A stretch of DNA of 64,000 bases, taken from an uncultured bacterium (GTDB lineage: Bacteria; Chloroflexota; UBA5177; JANWHV01). Below the pieces are notes generated by a model. That model saw only the letters and a program-made list of their open reading frames with translations. It did no database searches and was not told the origin of the DNA. A program made the position numbers and the translations under genes. Positions 60,961 through 64,000 of the stretch are shown here, piece by piece; the stretch's first letter is position 1; every line of letters begins with the position of its first letter. The DNA lies in the NCBI GenBank assembly GCA_963827235.1, contig CAWHAE010000018.1, forward strand, positions 160,001 through 224,000, given 5' to 3'.

Positions 60961-61484
60961 GTGGGTGCTGAGAGGCCGATACCAGAGCATGTATCGATGG
61001 CTGGAGAGGCTCTGTACCGGTCGCATGTGCGGCCGATCTATGGCTTCATTTACAATAAGGTCGGCAACCGAGAGGCGGCGGAGGACCTGACGAGCGACGT
61101 CTTTCTCCGCGCTCTTACCAACATTGATCCCAATCGCGAAGAACGGAGCGTCGTCGCCTGGCTCTATCGCGTAGCCCGTAATCTCGTCAACGACTTCTGG
61201 CGCGATGGGCATGCAACGCACGTTATAGCCCTGGACGAGATGCGGCAACCGCGAAGCTCCCGAATCCGCCGGACCTGGCGCGCCAGGATCGGGCGGCGCA
61301 GCGGGCGGCCGAACTGCTCGGCAAGCTGCCCGAGAATTACCGCATGGTGCTGCAGTGCCGCCTGATCGATGGACTCAGCGTGGCCGAGACCGCCGAGCGG
61401 ATGGCGACTTCGCGGGCCAACGTCAAAGTGCTGCAGCACCGGGCGCTGAAACGGGCGGCGGAGCTTCGTGAAGACGACGAGTAA
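60961..61484 (+). CDS. ECF sigma factor (frame broken near 61240-61280)
   Basis: Region 2 'AAEDLTSDVFLRA...AWLYRVARNLVNDFWR'; region 4 in another frame 'LPENYRMVL..RLIDGLSVAETAERMATSRANVKVLQHRALKR'; GGAGGA RBS before GTG 60961. Confidence 0.85.
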
Positions 61485-61496
61485 GATGGACTGTAG

Positions 61497-62258
61497 ATGG
61501 ATAACAGCGTAGACCGCTTGTCAAAGATTATCGACGATCTGGCAGCCGAGCGCCGGCCGGATGGGATCGACAGCCTGTCCGCCGAGGATCTGGACCTGGC
61601 GCGGACCGCCGCCATGCTGCGATCGGCCGTCCCCGAACGGCTGCAGCCGAGCGATCAGTTCGTCGAGTCTCTCGGCGAGCGCCTGGCAAGCAGGGACAAG
61701 GCTGCCGCTCCTTCCCCCGCGACAGCGCCGGAGCGGGGCGTATCTCGCCGATCCGTGCTCTGGCGTGCCGCCGCCGCCGTGGCCGGCCTGGCGGCAGGCG
61801 GCACCGGACTGACCGTCGCCTACAAAGAGGGCCAGTCCGACGGCAGCAGCCATGAAGCCGCGAGCGAGCTGACCGCGCCCATGGTGCCCGAAGATCGCGG
61901 CAATTGGCAGCACACAGGCTACAGCGTCTCACAGGTGGTCGCCGGGTCCGCGGTGCGATTCCGTGCCGGCGCGCTGGAGGGATTCCTGGTCAACCCGGGC
62001 AACCGCCAGGAGATCTACGCGCTCTCGGCAGTCTGCACGCACATGGGCTGTATGCTGAGCTGGTTGAAGGACGCCGACACGTTCTTGTGCCCCTGTCACG
62101 GTGCGCAATACGACGCCGCCGGGACTGTGATCAGCGGCATTGCCCGCCACCCGCTGCCGCGTCTGCGCCTTCGGTCGGACACCGACGGCGACATCTACGT
62201 GTGGTCGGTCGACCAGAACCCGCAGATCAAGTCGATTGCCCCATACTCCAGGGCCTAG
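61497..62258 (+). CDS. Rieske [2Fe-2S] protein with N-terminal helical domain and internal twin-arginine TM (candidate anti-sigma factor)
   Basis: 'CTHMGC' and 'CPCHG'; 'VSRRSVLWRAAAAVAGLAAGG'; 12 bp downstream of the ECF gene. Confidence 0.85.
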   Translation: MDNSVDRLSKIIDDLAAERRPDGIDSLSAEDLDLARTAAMLRSAVPERLQPSDQFVESLGERLASRDKAAAPSPATAPERGVSRRSVLWRAAAAVAGLAAGGTGLTVAYKEGQSDGSSHEAASELTAPMVPEDRGNWQHTGYSVSQVVAGSAVRFRAGALEGFLVNPGNRQEIYALSAVCTHMGCMLSWLKDADTFLCPCHGAQYDAAGTVISGIARHPLPRLRLRSDTDGDIYVWSVDQNPQIKSIAPYSRA

Positions 62259-62327
62259 CGCGCCGCCGGTCCCGTCGATCGCCCTTTGGAACGGCCCGCG
62301 GCCGTGATCCCAAATGCGCGCGATCCC

Positions 62328-62357
62328 TAGACAAGGGGTAGGCACCCGTCGTATGAT
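62328..62357 (+). promoter_or_regulatory. Sigma70-like promoter
   Basis: TAGACA, 18-bp spacer, TATGAT. Confidence 0.5.
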
Positions 62358-62477
62358 GCGTGTACCGTGATCACCCTCGGCGACGCGATGGTGCGTAGCT
62401 CCCACCTTGTTACTAACTCCCGTAGTGTGAGCCACACCGTTATCTGCCCTTCATCAGCGTTCGTAGGAGATGGGAAC

Positions 62478-63071
62478 ATGGCCTCCAGGTCCGCAGTTTT
62501 GGGTCGTCAGTTGAGCGTCGGTGTGGTTCTATTCGATGCGACGCACTCACGGGTGTTTGCCATACGCGGGCTGATCATTGAGGATGCGCGCGAACTCATG
62601 GTGTCCGCGGAGGGCACCGGGATTAAACGCTCCAGAAGCGGAAAGCCCACCTTTGCGCCCGAGTGGCTTCGCCACCGTGCCTGCTACACGGCGCAGCTGG
62701 CGGCTGGGCTGCACGAGACCTGGCACTTCGACGCATTGCTGATTGCCGGGCCGCGCACGGCAGTCGCCCTGCTCCACGAGAGCTGGCCGGCCGGACTCGC
62801 CGCGTGCCCGATCACCGCTCTCAGGCTGGCCGTGACGGCCGGAGAGAGCGCCATAATCGGGGCTACTCTGGCCGCGATGCCGCGTGTTGCGCGCCGCTGG
62901 GAGCGCGTTTTGCGCGCCCGAGCGGTACAGGCCGCGACCGCGCCACCGGTCCACACGGGCAAGCCGTTCTCGCCGGCCGTGCCGTTGGCCGCCCTGCGGT
63001 TGCCGAACTCGGCCCTTGCGGCCGCCGCAGCGTCTGCCGGCGCCCCTCAGCTCCACCTGGCCGCCGTCTGA
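62478..63071 (+). CDS. Hypothetical protein, possibly a degenerate baeRF/eRF1-domain-2-like protein
   Basis: AGGAG RBS; 'VVLFDATHSRVF' and 'FDALLIAGP...LHESWP..L' resemble the baeRF/host-attachment fold. Confidence 0.45.
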   Translation: MASRSAVLGRQLSVGVVLFDATHSRVFAIRGLIIEDARELMVSAEGTGIKRSRSGKPTFAPEWLRHRACYTAQLAAGLHETWHFDALLIAGPRTAVALLHESWPAGLAACPITALRLAVTAGESAIIGATLAAMPRVARRWERVLRARAVQAATAPPVHTGKPFSPAVPLAALRLPNSALAAAAASAGAPQLHLAAV

Positions 63072-63220
63072 CCGAAGGACCGGCTACCGAGTCCGCGTGA
63101 GTCACCGGCGCCGGCCGCTAGACGCCGGAAGCTCTGAGCCTCGTTGCGCGTCCGTGCACGCCGGCGTATGATGGCTTGAGGTGTTTGGCTGCCGGAGCGG
63201 GCCTGCAAGTCCTCTGAGGA

Positions 63221-64000
63221 ATGATGATGGCCACGTACGAGTATCAGCCCATCCGCTATCACCTGACGCTCGGGTCCCACGATCCGGTTCTTCATCTGGC
63301 GGACGGCGACACGGTGGTCACTTCCACGGTCGACGCGGAGGGGTTCGACGCCCGCGGCGTTCAAGTGAGCCCGCCCAGCAATCCGCAGACCGGGCCGTTC
63401 TTCGTTGAAGGGGCCGAGCCGGGCGACACGCTCGCCGTGCACATCGACCGGATCATTCCCAACCGTGCCACCGGCTATTGCTCCACGGTGCTCGCCGCCA
63501 ACGTGCTCGATCCGGAGGCGGTGTGCGAGTTTCCCCGCGAATCGCCACGTGCCGAGTGGCTGCTCGACGTCACGGCCGGTATGGCAACGCTCGCCGGCCC
63601 GGAGAAGCGGCGTGGCGCCCTGCGTCTGCCGCTGGCACCCATGCTCGGCTGTTTCGGCGTGGCTCCGGCGCGGGGGCAGGCGATATCCACCGCCACATCC
63701 GGCACCCACGGCGGCAACATGGACTACCGCGGCTTCGGCGCCGGGGTGACGGCGTACTTTCCGGTCTTCGTCCCCGGCGCGCTGTTTCACCTCGGCGATG
63801 GGCACGCCGTGCAAGGCGACGGCGAGATACTCGGCACCGGGATCGAGACGTCCATGCACGTCCAGTTCACCGTGCGCGTGCTCAAGGGGAAACACATCGA
63901 GTGGCCTCGCGGCGAGGACGAGCAGTTCATCTTCACGGTGGGCAACGCCCGGCCGCTGGACCAGGCGCTGCAGCACGCCACCACCGAGATGGCGCGCTGG
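63221..64000 (+). CDS. Acetamidase/formamidase family protein (3' truncated; absent from the ORF track)
   Basis: Manual translation: MMMATYEYQPIRYHLTLGSHDPVL...'NPQTGPFFVEGAEPGDTLAV'...'PMLGCFGVAP'...'GGNMD'...'GDGHAVQGDGE'; GAGGA RBS. Confidence 0.9.
   Translation, partial: MMMATYEYQPIRYHLTLGSHDPVLHLADGDTVVTSTVDAEGFDARGVQVSPPSNPQTGPFFVEGAEPGDTLAVHIDRIIPNRATGYCSTVLAANVLDPEAVCEFPRESPRAEWLLDVTAGMATLAGPEKRRGALRLPLAPMLGCFGVAPARGQAISTATSGTHGGNMDYRGFGAGVTAYFPVFVPGALFHLGDGHAVQGDGEILGTGIETSMHVQFTVRVLKGKHIEWPRGEDEQFIFTVGNARPLDQALQHATTEMARW

Overview
This is a GC-rich chromosomal segment, probably from a Chloroflexota-like monoderm. That assignment is inferred from a DUF2298/'YYY' membrane glycosyltransferase fusion and a RecG with an N-terminal extension. 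No tRNA, rRNA, CRISPR array, IS or prophage was recognised. From left to right: (1) a NitT/TauT ABC transporter operon with a divergent HisB-like protein, an SDR and an Ldh_2 oxidoreductase; (2) the most striking locus, 5.5-21.2 kb, a MoxR/DUF58/vWA chaperone set interleaved with two paralogous pairs of 'small secreted beta-protein + secreted PQQ beta-propeller', where one PQQ protein keeps a lanthanide-type WDYD site and is fused to a sulfocyanin-like type-1 copper domain and the other has lost its metal ligands; (3) recG and a frameshifted CCA-adding enzyme; (4) a Cys-rich protein, a TPR protein with heptad and 14-residue tandem repeats, and a minimal CheW-MCP-miniMCP-hybrid CheA chemosensory operon; (5) the DUF2298 fusion, a BNR protein, a NUDIX hydrolase, a GGDEF-EAL protein, GH172, a MoaD+BNR pair and a PfkB kinase; (6) a TIR-STAND-WD40 protein, PFOR, GDH with a long structured leader, an ECF sigma factor followed by a Rieske-fused candidate anti-sigma, and a truncated acetamidase. 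Three genes carry frameshifts that look like long-read indel errors. All family calls were made by eye from motifs; no database search was run.
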